In this document: piece after piece, positions 44,601 to 58,794 of the stretch
Layout: the number at the start of each line of letters is the position of its first letter
Numbering within the stretch: the first letter of the stretch is position 1
Assembly (NCBI RefSeq): GCF_009914755.1
Contig: NC_060929.1
From: the human T2T-CHM13v2.0 reference genome, Homo sapiens
DNA length: 64,000 bases
Reading direction: 5' to 3' (one strand)
Made by a program: the position numbers and the translations under genes
Notes under the pieces: model-generated
The model's input: only the letters and a program-made list of their open reading frames with translations
Databases searched by the model: none
Told to the model about the DNA's origin: nothing

Positions 44601-47236
44601 TACATAAAACAATACAACTTCTTAATTATACTTTGCAATTCTCTAATATACACTGCATTCATGCTGGGTTTTTAATATAGCTCTGAACTTAGGACTTCAT
44701 TTTCTTTGCATTCTGGGTATATATTTTTATTTTACATCTTATTTTTCTTAAGTATCTTGGATAGTAGATATATCATGATTCAGTTCATATTAAAACAGTG
44801 AATAAACTAAGTAATTAAAATGTTGTGTAAGCTTAATTGTGGCCTGCTTATAAGAAGGCATTTTCTGTTAGCAGTGCGTTTTTCCTTTAAAATAAGTAAA
44901 TAAGAAAACTCTAGATATCTAGTGTAATTGTGAAAAAAAAGGCACAGCGTTTTAGCAGTCCACAGCCTTCACTAGAATTTGAAACAACTAACGAAACAGC
45001 AGATCCCTCAGGATTGGTCAATAATTGTGAATTTTAAGTACAAAATCTAATCAACATAAATTTCCCCTCAAGAAGGGCCACTGATATAATATATAGCGAT
45101 AGTGATTGTCAAATACCACCCCAAAAAATTATTCTTGGGGATTTGTATTTTTTTTTAAACTGTGCCTTTTGGCTTACTTCATCCATAGTGGAAGGTAACA
45201 GAATCGTGTGATCCAAGTTTTTTTTTTTTTTCTGGGGCAACACTGTCATAGGATATTGTCTAGAATGTTACATAAACATAATATGGATAACAGAATGGGA
45301 CAACTTTAAAGTCATACCCATTGCAGGACACTTAAAATATTGTCACTAAAAGCCTGCCAGAGACATCATTTATTTCTATATGAGAATAGCACTTCAGATA
45401 AAGTAGCAGTTTCCTTTACAATGATTAACTTGCTCTCTAATCTCAAGTGAAGAAGTAAAAAAGGATAAAAACCAGCAACTATACACTCTTATAAACACCA
45501 TCTTTGCAGTAAATAAGAGTGTTAAAGGCAAAAGGAATAAGAACCCATTGAATACAAGTCTTTAGATACTTGAAACTGTATTGAACTACACAACTAACTC
45601 TTCTCTGGTATATTCAGGCTTTCACAACTTTTAGTAAAAAAGAGCTCATCTGATTATATATGAAAACACATATCTATCATGGTTATCCAAAGAAATGCAT
45701 TCATAAGAAAAATTAATTTTAGCCAATTCAACACATTAAAAAGGGAAATACACACGAAACAGCTAAAGTAACTTTCAATCCATTAGGTGTTTTAATTAAC
45801 TTATCTGTTTCTCTGACTAATTTTGGACCGTAATTTTAAGTTTAATTTCCCTTTCGAACTGGACTTAACATTCTGAAAATATTTAAACATGTTTTACGAT
45901 TGTTTCTGAATTTACAGACAGAATTAAAATGCACAAATATTTTATCTGTGTATATTCACACATAGTAAAATATTTTTAGAAAATTCACTAGATACAAGGG
46001 CATAATTTCAACTGATATGATGTTTCATATAGTTATTTTGTCTCACCAACATATGGAAAAACAGTAATTTTACTTTTGCTTTGAGATATACTTTTTGAAA
46101 AAAATGTTGATGTCAATTATAATTTTGTGATGAGCTATGTAGGGGGAAAATATATGCAGTAAAAATATTTTTTGTCCAGACACACAGTAATTTAGGCACT
46201 ACGAAAATGAAAAAAAAAATCTTTTTTCGGGTTTAAGTAGGGTATGTAATCTTTTATTTCTTCTTTTTTAACTGTGGATATAAATAGTGATTATGATACA
46301 TTTAGTTGTCAAATTAACAATAGGATTAAGGAACAGGAAAGCCATTTTTTATGGTATTATTTTACAATGATGCATCTCTTTCCTCTCTAGATTTCAAACT
46401 GAAACCTAATGAACTTTTCACAAAATTCAATGCTGATATTAGATATAATACATGTAAAATATTTGGAGAATGCAAATCTAATAGTAAGTCATCCACAAAT
46501 CCTAACATTATTGTTTATCATTCTCATTATATAAGTGGTAGCAGTGGTGGTAGAATAGTCTTACTTAAAGTATTTAATATAGTAACAGTACTACCAAAAG
46601 CAAATTAACACTCATGAGTTTTTTTATAACACTTTCTTTCGGACATTAAGTATGCATACATATTATTGGAAAATAAACAAAAAAATTTTATTAGATAAAA
46701 AGCTAGATAATTTTGAAATATGCTATTCTAACAGCATATGCATTTTTAGTGTTATTGTAGAAAGGAATTCTTGACTCAGATTTGAATGAACATGTTTTAT
46801 GCAAAGTAAATTCTATGCAAGAGTAGAGGTCATTCTTCTCTATTTGATATCAATGTTCATGTAAAAGAGAAACTTAAATGCAGTCATTTTTCTGACTTCT
46901 AATAAATCAATATAATTTCTTTCTGTAGTACTTGGATAGTATGAGAGCTATGATGTCTTTAATCGCTACCTTTAATGTAAAATTAATTATAAAAATACTA
47001 TAAATAGAATGATCTTATACTCTAACATTCTCCGAATTTTTCCTATGAAAGTATTCACTCCTTTTAAAACTTCTCTATTTTTCCATTATAAATAAGGTAA
47101 ATACTTATCTATTATTACATATACTTAGTCTTATTGTTGTTGTTTAATATCCCTTTCCTGGTTTTTAATCAGTCATATTCTGCTTATATTAATATTTTAA
47201 TACATTTTATATAAATATAAACAATAACTATAGCCA

Positions 47237-47330
47237 CATATGGGTATATGTGTATGTGTGCATATATGTGCATGCACGTATGTGTATGTGTATGTGTTTG
47301 TATATATATGTTTCTGTCTCTGTGTATGTC
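47237..47330. repeat. Degenerate (TA/TG)n simple repeat
   Basis: tatatgtgtatgtgtgcatatatgtgcatgcacgtatgtgtatgtgtatgtg. It explains the start of the spurious ORF 47248-47628. Confidence 0.8.
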
Positions 47331-48714
47331 TTTGTCTATAAGTATTTCCTTTCCTCCAATTCATTTGAGCTGGATAATTGACAAAATTCCCAATTGGGAT
47401 TCTTTAATCTGGATCCCATCCCACCTGCCCCCAAATTTAAAACAAATCAGGAGTAAGATCATGAGAACTTTGACCTCCAATGACAAAAACATCAAGACAA
47501 GGATGAAAATATGCTTGACTTATTTGTCATATTTGATATTTTTCAACGATGCTTTTTTTTTTTTACATTCTGCTGACAAGAAAAAAATGCTCTTGGTTCC
47601 AACATTAAAGAACGTATTTCATTTATAGCCAGGCAGGCTTGAAATTCTTCATTTTAAATCTCTACTGAACTTTAGAGAAACCTTTAAAAAATCAATTACA
47701 TTTATACTAGGTTTTTACCCTAGCGTTCAGAGTCCAGAATTCTAATGCCCAGAAAAAGCAACCAGTCTTAAAAATCTACAAGACTGTATGAAAATCTTAA
47801 ATGAGAGCTATTTCCAAAACTTTGATGGCCAAAAATATGAACAGGATTCATGTCCTTGCTAGAAAATGTTGAGTGATATTCAAATTAAAATGGTTACTGA
47901 TTGCCCTGCATGGACTAATTCTCTATTCCGATAACATGTTGAGTTTTCTTTTTTTTAGATGTGCACTATTAAGATGGAAACTTACCAGATTAGTATTTTA
48001 AGGATCAATTCTCAAACACACTAATCAGAGTAACATTAGGGTAGATAAACTTCTGAGCCATTACTGCTTTTTAGAGAGCATTTTCTAAAAGACAACTCAG
48101 AGCCACAATTCCATATGGATATTGTATTATTATTTTATTATTAGCTGAATTTAGAATATGGAAAATATGTTCCTTATTAAAGAAAACAATTAATTATTGT
48201 GAAATAACTAATAATAATAATCTTGCAAAAAGTGTAACTAATCACACAAGAGAGCAGCTTTTGTCCATAATTTATGCACTATTTCTTCAAAACATTAATT
48301 AAAGAAGTAGTTACATTTATTTCATCTCTAAAAAAGTAAATAAGGCTTAGAATTTTGGTAGTGAAATTAAAAGGTATCAGTAAATAAGTAGGAAATAATC
48401 TCTTTGAATAGAATATATTTCTCAGTAAAATACCTATTCCATTTACATAAAGTATAATTCCAACATTTAGAAAAATTCTGTGTGAAATGATGTCAAATAT
48501 TTGTCCTGAAAATTTCTGATCTTTTGACTAATTATTCAGATCCTTTAGCATTTTCTGCCTCTACAGACATAGAAACAGTACATTATAAAAAATTTGTTAA
48601 AACATGTTCACCTTATTTAAGTAATTTTGATGTTTCATGGTATGAGAATATATGAGCAATTCAAATAAACTTTAGCTTCATGCTCATAATAACAGCAACA
48701 ACATCAATAAGTCT

Positions 48715-49314
48715 TGTATATTAGTCAGGATTCTCCAAAGAAACTGAACCAATAAAGAAGATATAGACGATAAACATACAGATATAAATATAAAGATATT
48801 TATTATGAATTTATTATGAGGTGATTAGTTACACTTTTTGCTCATGTGATTACAAAGGCTGAGAGTCTCACAATATGACATTTACAAGAGACCCAGGAAA
48901 GCCAGAGGTGTAGTTCCAGTCCAAACCCAAAGACCTGAGAACAAGAGAAAGTCTTGGTTTAAGTCTCAGTCATAGTTCAAGGGTCTAAGAAAGGGAGTCA
49001 GTGATGTAAATCTCCATCTGAGTTCAAGGGCCCAAGAACCAGGAGCTCCAATGTCTGAAAACAAGAGAAGATGGATGTCCCAGTTCTGTAAGGGAGAGAC
49101 AAAGTGACTTTGCCATTCCTCTACCTTTCTGTTCTATTCAAGGCCCTTAATGGATTAAATGAAGCCTACCCAAACTGGGCAGCACAATCCTCAGTCCACC
49201 AATGCAAATGCCAATCCCTTCCAGATACACCTTCACAGACACACGTAGAAATAATGTTTTACCAGCTATCTGGTCATCCTTTATCCTAGTCAGGTTGACA
49301 CATAAACCATCACA
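48715..49314 (-). mobile_element. MLT2B-like solo LTR (ERVL)
   Basis: tattagtcaggattctccaaagaaactgaaccaata...gagacccaggaaagcc...cacagacacacgtagaaataatgttttaccagctatctgg...caggttgacacataaaccatcaca. Confidence 0.85.
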
Positions 49315-49571
49315 TTGTCTTCTTCTTTTCCCCAGTACAAGTGAATATTTTACCTGTGTTAAAACCACTGGTGTTAATAACCAAGAATATTCCAGGTAAT
49401 CTTCATATAAAAAATCAAACAACACTCAGATAAAAGCTTTTCCCATCAATCAATATTAATATAAAAACATAATCTTTTTCATCGGATTTTGTTTTTCTCT
49501 CATAAACACATGGACAACCTAGAGGGAATAGGCATTGAGCAATGTGCTGAGAATATACACGTGAATATTAA

Positions 49572-50032
<461 letters not shown>

Positions 50033-50747
50033 TGAAAGACCGTCGTGTTAGGGAAGGCATCTAATAGGCTGTGATGGCAGAGCTATATCTGAAGAGGTGA
50101 ATAAATTTAGCTTGGAAAATATGTGAGACAAATATAAAAGAACTCCAAAAGTCAATTTATGGATTTGGGAAACAAAGAAGTGTGTAGAGAACTATAGGAT
50201 GTCTAGTGTTAGAACATAAAATGTTTGGAAGTGTTTTCAGGAATAAAACAAGGAATGTTGGAAGAAGAGAGTTTGGCAGAACCTCATATGCACAGTTGGG
50301 AACTCAATGTTGATGCTCTACTGGACAATGAGCTGCAAAAAATTTTAAAAAGAGTAAAATTACTTTATTTAATAGTTACTTTCCCCACTTTCTAATTACT
50401 CTAGAAAGAGTGCTGTGAAGGAAATAAGGTAAGAGACAGGGAATGAATCAGAAGAATGAGCTGGTAACCCAGGCATGGCTTTTTAAAGAGAGAATGAACT
50501 ACCTTGGGTGGTCTTGACAATAGAGAAAGCATTTTCTAGTTTATCCTTTAAATCATCATGATTTCAAAGAACTATAATGTGATTTCATCTTTTACTAATG
50601 TAATGTAATGGTTAAATAATATAATTTACTAAAATATAATTTTATTTTTGCATAATTGTAGTATATATGGTCATACAAACTTCTCAACAGTTTTCTGGTA
50701 CACCATTCTGCATGTGGAGGCTTAGAAGTTACAAATTATATTCTTAA

Positions 50748-51060
<313 letters not shown>

Positions 51061-51529
51061 TATATTCTGAACCTTTTCTACAGATAGGCTTTGTGTTGTG
51101 ATTTGGTTTCTATCTTATTTGGTTCATATGAGACTTGAATTTGAGACCAGTTCAAGTGCGATATTTAGAAAAGACGTGAGATCCATGCATTAGGCCTGGA
51201 GCAGTGCAGTTCTGGATCTAACAATTACAGCAGTGGCTTCACTATTCCAAGATTATGACCAATGGAGTATGACTCAGGGGCCAACATTTAATTCGGCAAT
51301 TTTCTGACTGAAGCAGAAGTAGCACATCTTTTGACAGGCTGGTTCTGTTGATAGGAACATTGTTTCAAAAGTCATTCCGGAAAATAAAGATTATTGCTAT
51401 TCCTCAAGCCGTTGATACTTTCTATAAATACACAATTCCCTTTATGAAATAAATACATTTTGGTAAAACAGCTAAGAGAGTTTATATTATCTGAATGTGG
51501 ATGCATAGATCCTGAATAGCATAGTCAAG

Positions 51530-51912
51530 CTAGGTCCTTTGTTAAAAACCAATCCCCAATTTAATTTGGAACAGCAATGTACCCAGCTTTAAAACTGTAG
51601 TCACCAGGCTGTACTGCAATTATGATGGCGCTGTAACACAACATGAGCCGACTAGGCACAAGTGTGAGTCTGCTGGGAATACTGGCAAAACTTTTGTATT
51701 TCTAATACACCTGTCTCCTATTTCTCTTTGCGTTATCTATTTTAACCTCTTTTCCTGCAGGAAATTCTGTCTTAGTGGCTGCATCTCTAACAATTGTCAT
51801 ATGGCCCCGCAGGAAAAGGCTAAGAGAAATGCAGAAATCTTGGGCCTGTCAGCTTTGAGCACTGAATCAATGCAACGATCTTCTCCGTCTGCACTTCTGA
51901 GGGCACTGGCTG

Positions 51913-51946
<34 letters not shown>

Positions 51947-52010
51947 ATTTGTAAAGCTAATGTCAGATTTTCTGTCGCGTATAGCTCATAGCAAAGACAA
52001 TTATTTAACA
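51530..52010 (+). mobile_element. Old MaLR LTR (MLT1J/K-like)
   Basis: cagcaatgtacccagct...gtctgctggga...aaaacttttgtatttctaata...gagcactgaatcaatgc...tttgtaaagcta. Heavily diverged. Confidence 0.45.
51913..51942 (+). repeat. Pure poly(A)30 tract
   Basis: 30 uninterrupted A, with no Alu or L1 body upstream. Confidence 0.95.
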
Positions 52011-53315
52011 GACATCAGAATTTTCTGTTTAATGCATGGGTCTTACTTGCAAATAACAGATGCCGACTCTGAATGAAGAAGCAAAAATTGATTCAGTAAA
52101 AGAATATTAGGCAGTTCAGAAAATTATTATTAGATACAGAAAACACATTTCAGTAATGTGCCTAAGGTCATATATTAAAAATGATGCAAAGAAAATACAA
52201 CTACTGTTTTTGTTGCCCAAAGAAATTTCCTTGTCAGGTACTCAATCTTGAAATCAACAGAATACCAGACTATTTATCCCTGTTGCAATCAAGATCTGAT
52301 AATGTGATCATTACCTATGATGGGTGTTAGGAAGCCTTTATCAAGTTACTCATTTTCTAACTTAAATTTGGAGTGTTTCTGGTATGAAGCTCTTCTGTTA
52401 CAAGCCTTTGTACTAGTCTACAATACTGTTAGAAATTCCTAATTCTGGGTTGTACTTTGGTGTGCAAGACCATAAGGCTGGGAATTTGCCAATTATAACC
52501 AAGGATGTACAACCTGCTGGGTAGTCAGAAACATGATAGATTTTCAACGCACTGGTTGTAATTCTTTTGCCTTTAGAATGACAATAATTATATGACCCAA
52601 ATTGTGGTTAGGTTAAGCAAAATATAAGTATTGCTATTCCATGCTCTTAAAATAATACTGTATATTTTAAATCTGTACATAATATGTAAATTATTAAATA
52701 CTGAAAAACACAATAATATACATGCCAATATACGCATACCTACATGACCATAAAAATGTAAGCCCCTCAATTATACACATGATAATTAATGAAAAATAGT
52801 GATTTTAGCCCAGGTGGACATAATTAAATTATAATAGGTGATATGAACTCACATTTTTTCTCATCTTTACCAGTTCTCACAAATTAGAATGGATGAATGG
52901 GTGAGTAGCAAAACATAGGAGTGGAGAGACTTTAATTATTCTTAGATGCAATATTATTCTAATAATAAATAAACTATCAATCACACTTCATGACAGCTAT
53001 CTGAATTGCAAAGATGTTACTTAAGTGAAATGGTTAATGCTGATAAGGCAATGAGTTAGTATGTTTGTATATTTAGATAAAATATTTTTAAAATACCTAT
53101 CTAACAGTTAGGGATAAAGACCTTGGTATAGTTTGGCTGTGTCCCCACCTAAATCTCATCTTGAATTGTAACTCCCATAATTCCAACATGTTATGGGAGA
53201 GATCCAGTGGGAGATCATTGAATCATAAGGGTGGTTTCCCCCATACTGTTCTCATGGTAGTGAATAAGCCTTATGATATTTAATGGTTTTATATGTGGCT
53301 TCCGTTTTCACTTGG

Positions 53316-53413
53316 CTGCCACCACGTAAGATGTGCCTTTCACCCTTGCCTGCCACCATGTAAGATGTGCCTTTCACCCTTGCCTGCCACCATGTAAGGT
53401 GTGCCTTTCACCC
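53316..53413. repeat. Tandem triplication of a 34-bp unit inside the THE1 5' LTR
   Basis: ctgccaccaYgtaagRtgtgcctttcacccttgc at 53316, 53350 and 53384 (third copy 30 nt). Confidence 0.95.
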
Positions 53414-54309
53414 TGCCATGATTGTGACCGTGATTGTGAGGCCTTCCCAGTCATGTGGGACTGTGAACCCATTAAACTGTTTTTCTTTATAAATTACCCA
53501 CTCTTGGGTATGTTTTTATCAGCAGCATGAAAATGGACTAATACAGTAAACTGGTACCAGGAGTGGAGTGCTGCTGTAAAGATACCCAAAAATGTGGAAA
53601 AGACTTTGGAACTGGGCAACAAGCAGAGGTTGGAACAGTTTGGAGGTCTTAGAAGAAGACAGGAAAAAGAGGGAAAGTTTGGAGCTTCCTAGAGACTTGT
53701 TGAATCACTTTAACAAAATCTTGGTAATGATATGGACAATAAAATCCACACTGAGGTGGTCTCAGATGGAGAGGAGAAACTTGTTGGGAACTGCAGTTAA
53801 GGTGATTCTTGCTATGTTTTATCAAAGAAACTGGTGGCATTTTTCCCCTACCCTAGAGATTTGTGGAACTTTGAACTGGAGACAGATGATTTAGGGTATC
53901 TCGTGGAAAAAATTTCTAAGCGGCAAAGTATTCAACAAGCGACTTGGGTGCTGTTAGAATAATTCAGTTTTAAAAGGGAAACAGAGCATAAAAGTTCAGA
54001 AAATTTATAGTCTGACAATGTGGTAGAAGAGAAAATCCCATTTTTTGAGAAAAAATTCAAGCCAGTTACAGTAATTTGTATAAGTAATGAGGAACCAAAT
54101 GCCAATCACCAAGACAATGGAGAAAATGTCTCCAGGGCATGTCAGAGACCTTGGAGGCAACTCCTCCCATCACAGGCCTGGAGGCCTAGGAGGGAAAAAG
54201 GGTTTCTTGGGCTGGGCCCATGGTCTCCCTTCTGTGTGTATCCTAAAAGCTTGGTGCCCTGTGTCCTAGCCACTCTAGCCATGGCTAAAAGGGACCAAGG
54301 TACACCTTG

Positions 54310-54353
54310 CTTAAGTGAAATGGTTAATGCTGATAAGGCAATGAGTTAGTATG
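54310..54353 (+). repeat. Exact 44-bp dispersed copy of 53020-53063
   Basis: cttaagtgaaatggttaatgctgataaggcaatgagttagtatg is identical at both positions. Confidence 0.97.
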
Positions 54354-55956
54354 GGCTGTGGATCCGGAGCTTGCAAACCCCAAGCCTTGGCAGCTTCCAT
54401 GTGGTGTTGAGCCCACGGGTGCACAGAAGTCAAGTTTTGAGGTTTGAGAACCTCTGCCTAGATTTCAGAGGATGCATAACAATGCCTGGATGTCCAGGCA
54501 GAAGTTGTGCTGCAGGGGCGGGGCCTTCACAGGAACCTCTGCTAAGGCCCTACAGAAGGAAAATGGGGGGTTTAAGCCCCCACATAAGTTGCCAGTGGGG
54601 CACTGCCTAGTGGAGCTATGTGAGAGGGCCACTGTTCTCCAGATCCCAAAATGGTAGATCCACTGACAGCTTGCACCAGGTGCCTAGAAAAGCCACAGAC
54701 AATGCCAGGTGGTCAAGGCAGCTGAGAGTGAAGCTGTACCTTGCAAAGCCACAGGGGTGGAGCTGCCCAAGACCATGGGAATGTACCTCTTGCATCAGCA
54801 TGACCTGGATGTGAGACGGAGAGTCAAAGGAGATCATTTTGGAACTTTAAGATTTGATTGTCCCACTGGATTTCAGGCTTGTTTGTGGCCTTTTGCCCCT
54901 TAGTTTTGCCCCATTTCTCCCATTTGGTTTGGGTGTATTTATCCAATGCCTGTACCCCCTTTGTTTCTAGGAAGTAACTAACTTGCTCTTGATTTTACTG
55001 GCCCATAGGTGTAAGGGCCTTGCCTTTTGTCAGATGAAACTTTGGACTGTGGACTTTTGAGCTAATGCTGAAATATGTTAAAACTTTGGGGAACGGTTGG
55101 GGAGGCATAATTGGTTTTAAAATGTGAGGACATGAGATTTGGGAGGGGTCGAGGTGGAATGATATGCTTTGACTGTGTCCTAACCCAAATCTCATCTTGA
55201 ATTGTAGCTCCAATAATCTCCATGTGTTGTGGGAGGGACCAGGTGGGAGATAATTGAATCACAGGGGTAGTGTCCCCACTACTGGTATTGTGGTAGTGAA
55301 TAAGTCACAAGATCTGATGGTCTTATAATGGGTTCCCCCTTTTGCTTGGCTCTCATTCTCTCTTGCTTAATAGAACTATAATTGACATCGCTTCTTCAGT
55401 CTTAGGTTAAATCCTAGAGTTCTAATACCTTAAAACAAATTTGGGGGATTCATAGAAAATCAAATGAAAATAACTCAGAATTACATTTTGATGCTGAAAT
55501 TTGAAACTCATATGTCCCTTATAAGTATCCAGGAGTGGGCCCTTAACTTATTCATGAGGAAAAATTCTAGTTTGATTGAAGGTAATAGTTTACTCTACCT
55601 TTTTAACAGAAGTGTGTTTTCATCCAGGCGTATGTCAAACTCCTCAAGTTTTTAATAAGGAGGGGACATCAACTTGACAATTTATGTATAAATATGTGAA
55701 TAAACTTTCAACAAGCAATCAACAATATTAACTCTATACTATCTCTGGAGAATCACACATCAAGCCTGTATATTTCAGATTCTATCAAGTGATGCTTAAA
55801 ATGGCCACATCATAAATATAATAAAAGTGTACTTTAAAATTAACCTCACATCATTTTGCCCTTCAAGCTCAACTATTCTAACTGAGGGAAATATGCTTAC
55901 AGTTTTTATTTTTAAGATATTTTCCAAGGATGAACATATTTAAGAATTAAATATAT

Positions 55957-56027
55957 GAGGTTAAACTATATTAATTTAGAAATATTTGATAATTGACTTA
56001 AAAATAGCAAATAGATAGTTGTACTTT
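55957..56027. mobile_element. Possible MADE2 mariner MITE relic
   Basis: gaggttaaactatattaattt...aatatttga...ttgacttaaaaatagcaa loosely follows the recalled MADE2 consensus. Confidence 0.35.
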
Positions 56028-58711
56028 CTTAATATAAATAAATGTTATTATTTATTTTTTATGCTTCTTGAAGCTAGGGTCTTTTCTTTCCTTAATAGTG
56101 TGTTTTGATTAATTAATATTAGGCCCTGTTAGAATTTGTTTAATCAGCTATATAAAGTATTTTCATAGAACATACAGTATATTATTTACCCAGTCCTTAA
56201 TGTATGTACCTCTATGGTATTTTATACTTTTTAAGTATTGCAAGCAGATCTATAATTATTATCATTATAGATGCTAATATGTAGGCACATGTAGAAACAA
56301 TTGTAGGATATATTCAAATAGGTAAAAGTGCTATGTATATTTACTCTTACTCTACCTTCTGTCTTTGAATTAAGTATCACCACCAGAAGGCTACACATCT
56401 GGCCTACATAATCCCAGCACCTTGCTGAATTGCTTCACTGAGTTATGCTTCATGTTATGTGCCCATTGTTAACTGTAGACCCAGGAAAATTAGTATCATG
56501 GAATGTGATAATGCAGCCAGTGCAGTGAATGCTGTCACTGCATAATCCTTTGGTAATCTGCAGTACTTCCCACATACATTATTTCATTTCTTGACTAATC
56601 TCTAATGATAATGTAAAAAATTCTACAGGAAATTAATTATGAATTCCATATTGAAAGGTTTCAATTCCATGGTTTTCTGTTTTACTTTGTAAATGAAAAT
56701 AACAGTGGAAGTTCAGTTAAAATGATTATGTTTCTCCCTGAGATGTGTAAGCTTTTTTTTGCTTCACTAATTTTGTCAATACTTTTTTTATACTTAAATT
56801 ATTATTCACATAATAAGCTTATTTATTTCTCAAGTATTTTAGAAAACCACATAGTGATTTATAATGTAAGGTCGTTAACAAAAATGAAATCTTAATTTTA
56901 TAATACCTACATCTCCTCTTAGTGTGTTAAATAACACATTTGATGCCTAGTATTCTATTAACAATTTAAGGTAAAATAACAATGTGTCATTTCTCCTTAA
57001 AAATGACACAAAGAACAACCAACATATATGGATGAGAAGAGCTCTCTGCAAGGATGAATTCATTCCAAGTGGTGTGCAGTGTATTTGTTACTCATGAGGA
57101 TAGTTTGCTCCTCAATCTTCTCGAAGGCTTATAAATCTAAATGTAAATTAATATAAAATGAGAAGGATCTTAGAAACCATTTCTGCTTAATAACAACTAT
57201 ACGTAATATGTTGTTAATTCAGCCTAATTAACAAAAAACTCAAGAGAACATTTGGATACTAATTCCTCCAGCATTATTTAAAGGAAAGCGTAAGAATCCC
57301 TGGAAGGCATGAGAATTTTGGAAATTCGAAATGGGTTTTCTAAAGTACTCTATATTTTCCTTAGAAAAATTTATAACCCTTGGCTCTTCAAAATTTAATT
57401 ACATATTTTAGTTACATGAAAAAAAGTGCTTTCTAGTATTCTAAATTATATAATTAGCATTAGTGATAGTACTTTTAAAAAAAATACAATCCAGTTTACC
57501 CATATGTATAAGGAAATGGTAATCCTAATAAAGTTTAAAAACACATAAGACAAATTTAGAGAAAATTAGGTATTAATAAATATGAATGAGGCTTACTTAA
57601 TCTATCCAAAATTTATGAATTAATATTTTTGAGTGTTCATTTTGTGCCAAGCATTGTTTAGAAACTGGCATCCAGAACTGAACAAAACTGATGAAAATAT
57701 CTTCCTTGGTACATTTTAAATTCCAGTAGGAATACAAACAACAAACTGATTTCCTTAAAAAGTTATATATACAAAAGGTGTTGAGAAAGTGTTTTTTAAT
57801 GAAAATAAGGAAGAATAGTGGGATAGGATGCAGCAGGCTGTTGGCTTGAAAGGTAGAAAAGGTGGAATAGTTATTCACTGAGAGAAGGCATTGAGAGCTG
57901 TAGGTCTGTGTTGGCCATGGGGTATGAGAGACTGAAAATTATGTATCTGGAGTGTGATATTTTTACTCTGAGATGCTTGTGATCCCAGCTAAAAGAATAA
58001 AGCTGTAGACAATGTTTGAGTTTGTATTTAATTTTTAATCTCCGATATCTACGAATCAATTTCACTAATCAAATGGTGTAGGTGCTATCCATCTACTGCT
58101 TCAGAATGAACCATTTTACACTTTGTTTCCTGTTTGCATGACATTTTTTAAATACACACACTTTTTAACCCAGTTAATCTCCAAATCTCAACCACATTTT
58201 ATTCCATTATTCCTGTTATATAAAAGTATTCCCTTCATTCAAATTATCTTCACGTCATCTTATAAAATCTGTATCATTTTAAGTTCTCAAGACAATTACA
58301 GTTGCTTTTAATAAGAAGAATTTAATCAAGGACTTTTCCTGGATTTTTTGGTGTTTTGGGCTTGGGGATGATATATGTAATGATTAGACACAAAGAACTT
58401 GATATTTTTATAATGAATAGTAAAAGTAAAATAAACTTTAAATGTGTAATTTTAAAATACACTTTAATTGTTTAGTCTGTGTCTAAAGCTGCCATGAAGT
58501 TCTAAATTCTTAAGGTGATTCATAAGAAAAAAGGTTATCTTAAAGCGTAAGAAGGTTTATTTTCTGCTAATTGTATTTCTGTTTGCTTTTTCTTATATCA
58601 TTAAGAATAGGTTTAGCTTACCGCTGCTTTTAAAAGATGTGTTCTTATTAAAAATAAAGAGTAAATCACTTTACACAGTGAAGGAAACAAAGAGTGTTAC
58701 TGATAAACATT

Positions 58712-58794
58712 TCATAGGGCATATTTATATTAAAATTTATTTGTAGTTATCTAAAATTCAAATTTACCTCCTTTTTTGAATTCTGAAAACCCTA
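58712..58794. mobile_element. MER53 hAT MITE, one arm
   Basis: gggcatatttatattaaaatttatttgtagttatctaaaattcaaattta...aaccctag follows one arm of the palindromic MER53 consensus. Confidence 0.55.

Larger units (their letters stand above)
53124..55366 (+). mobile_element. THE1 (THE1C-like) provirus: 5' LTR 53124-53545, internal region 53546-55159, truncated 3' LTR 55160-55366
   Basis: LTR tggtatagtttggctgtgtcccc...ggactaataca. Internal region begins gtaaactggtaccag and ends in the purine tract gggaggggtcgaggtggaa. Second LTR tgatatgctttgactgtgtcc stops at ctctcttgc. Confidence 0.93.

Noticed and set aside
44911-44922. 12-bp perfect palindrome ctagatatctag
   Set aside because: Expected by chance several times in 64 kb of AT-rich sequence.
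47248-47628. 126-aa ORF in apparently unique DNA
   Set aside because: The N-terminus is a translated TG/TA repeat, and the remainder has no recognisable domain or splice context.
53316-53413. Direct repeats of CRISPR-like length
   Set aside because: The units abut with no spacers, lie inside a THE1 LTR, and no cas genes are present.
53592-54903. Cluster of overlapping ORFs on the plus strand
   Set aside because: These are fragments of the decayed THE1 internal region with no intact long frame.
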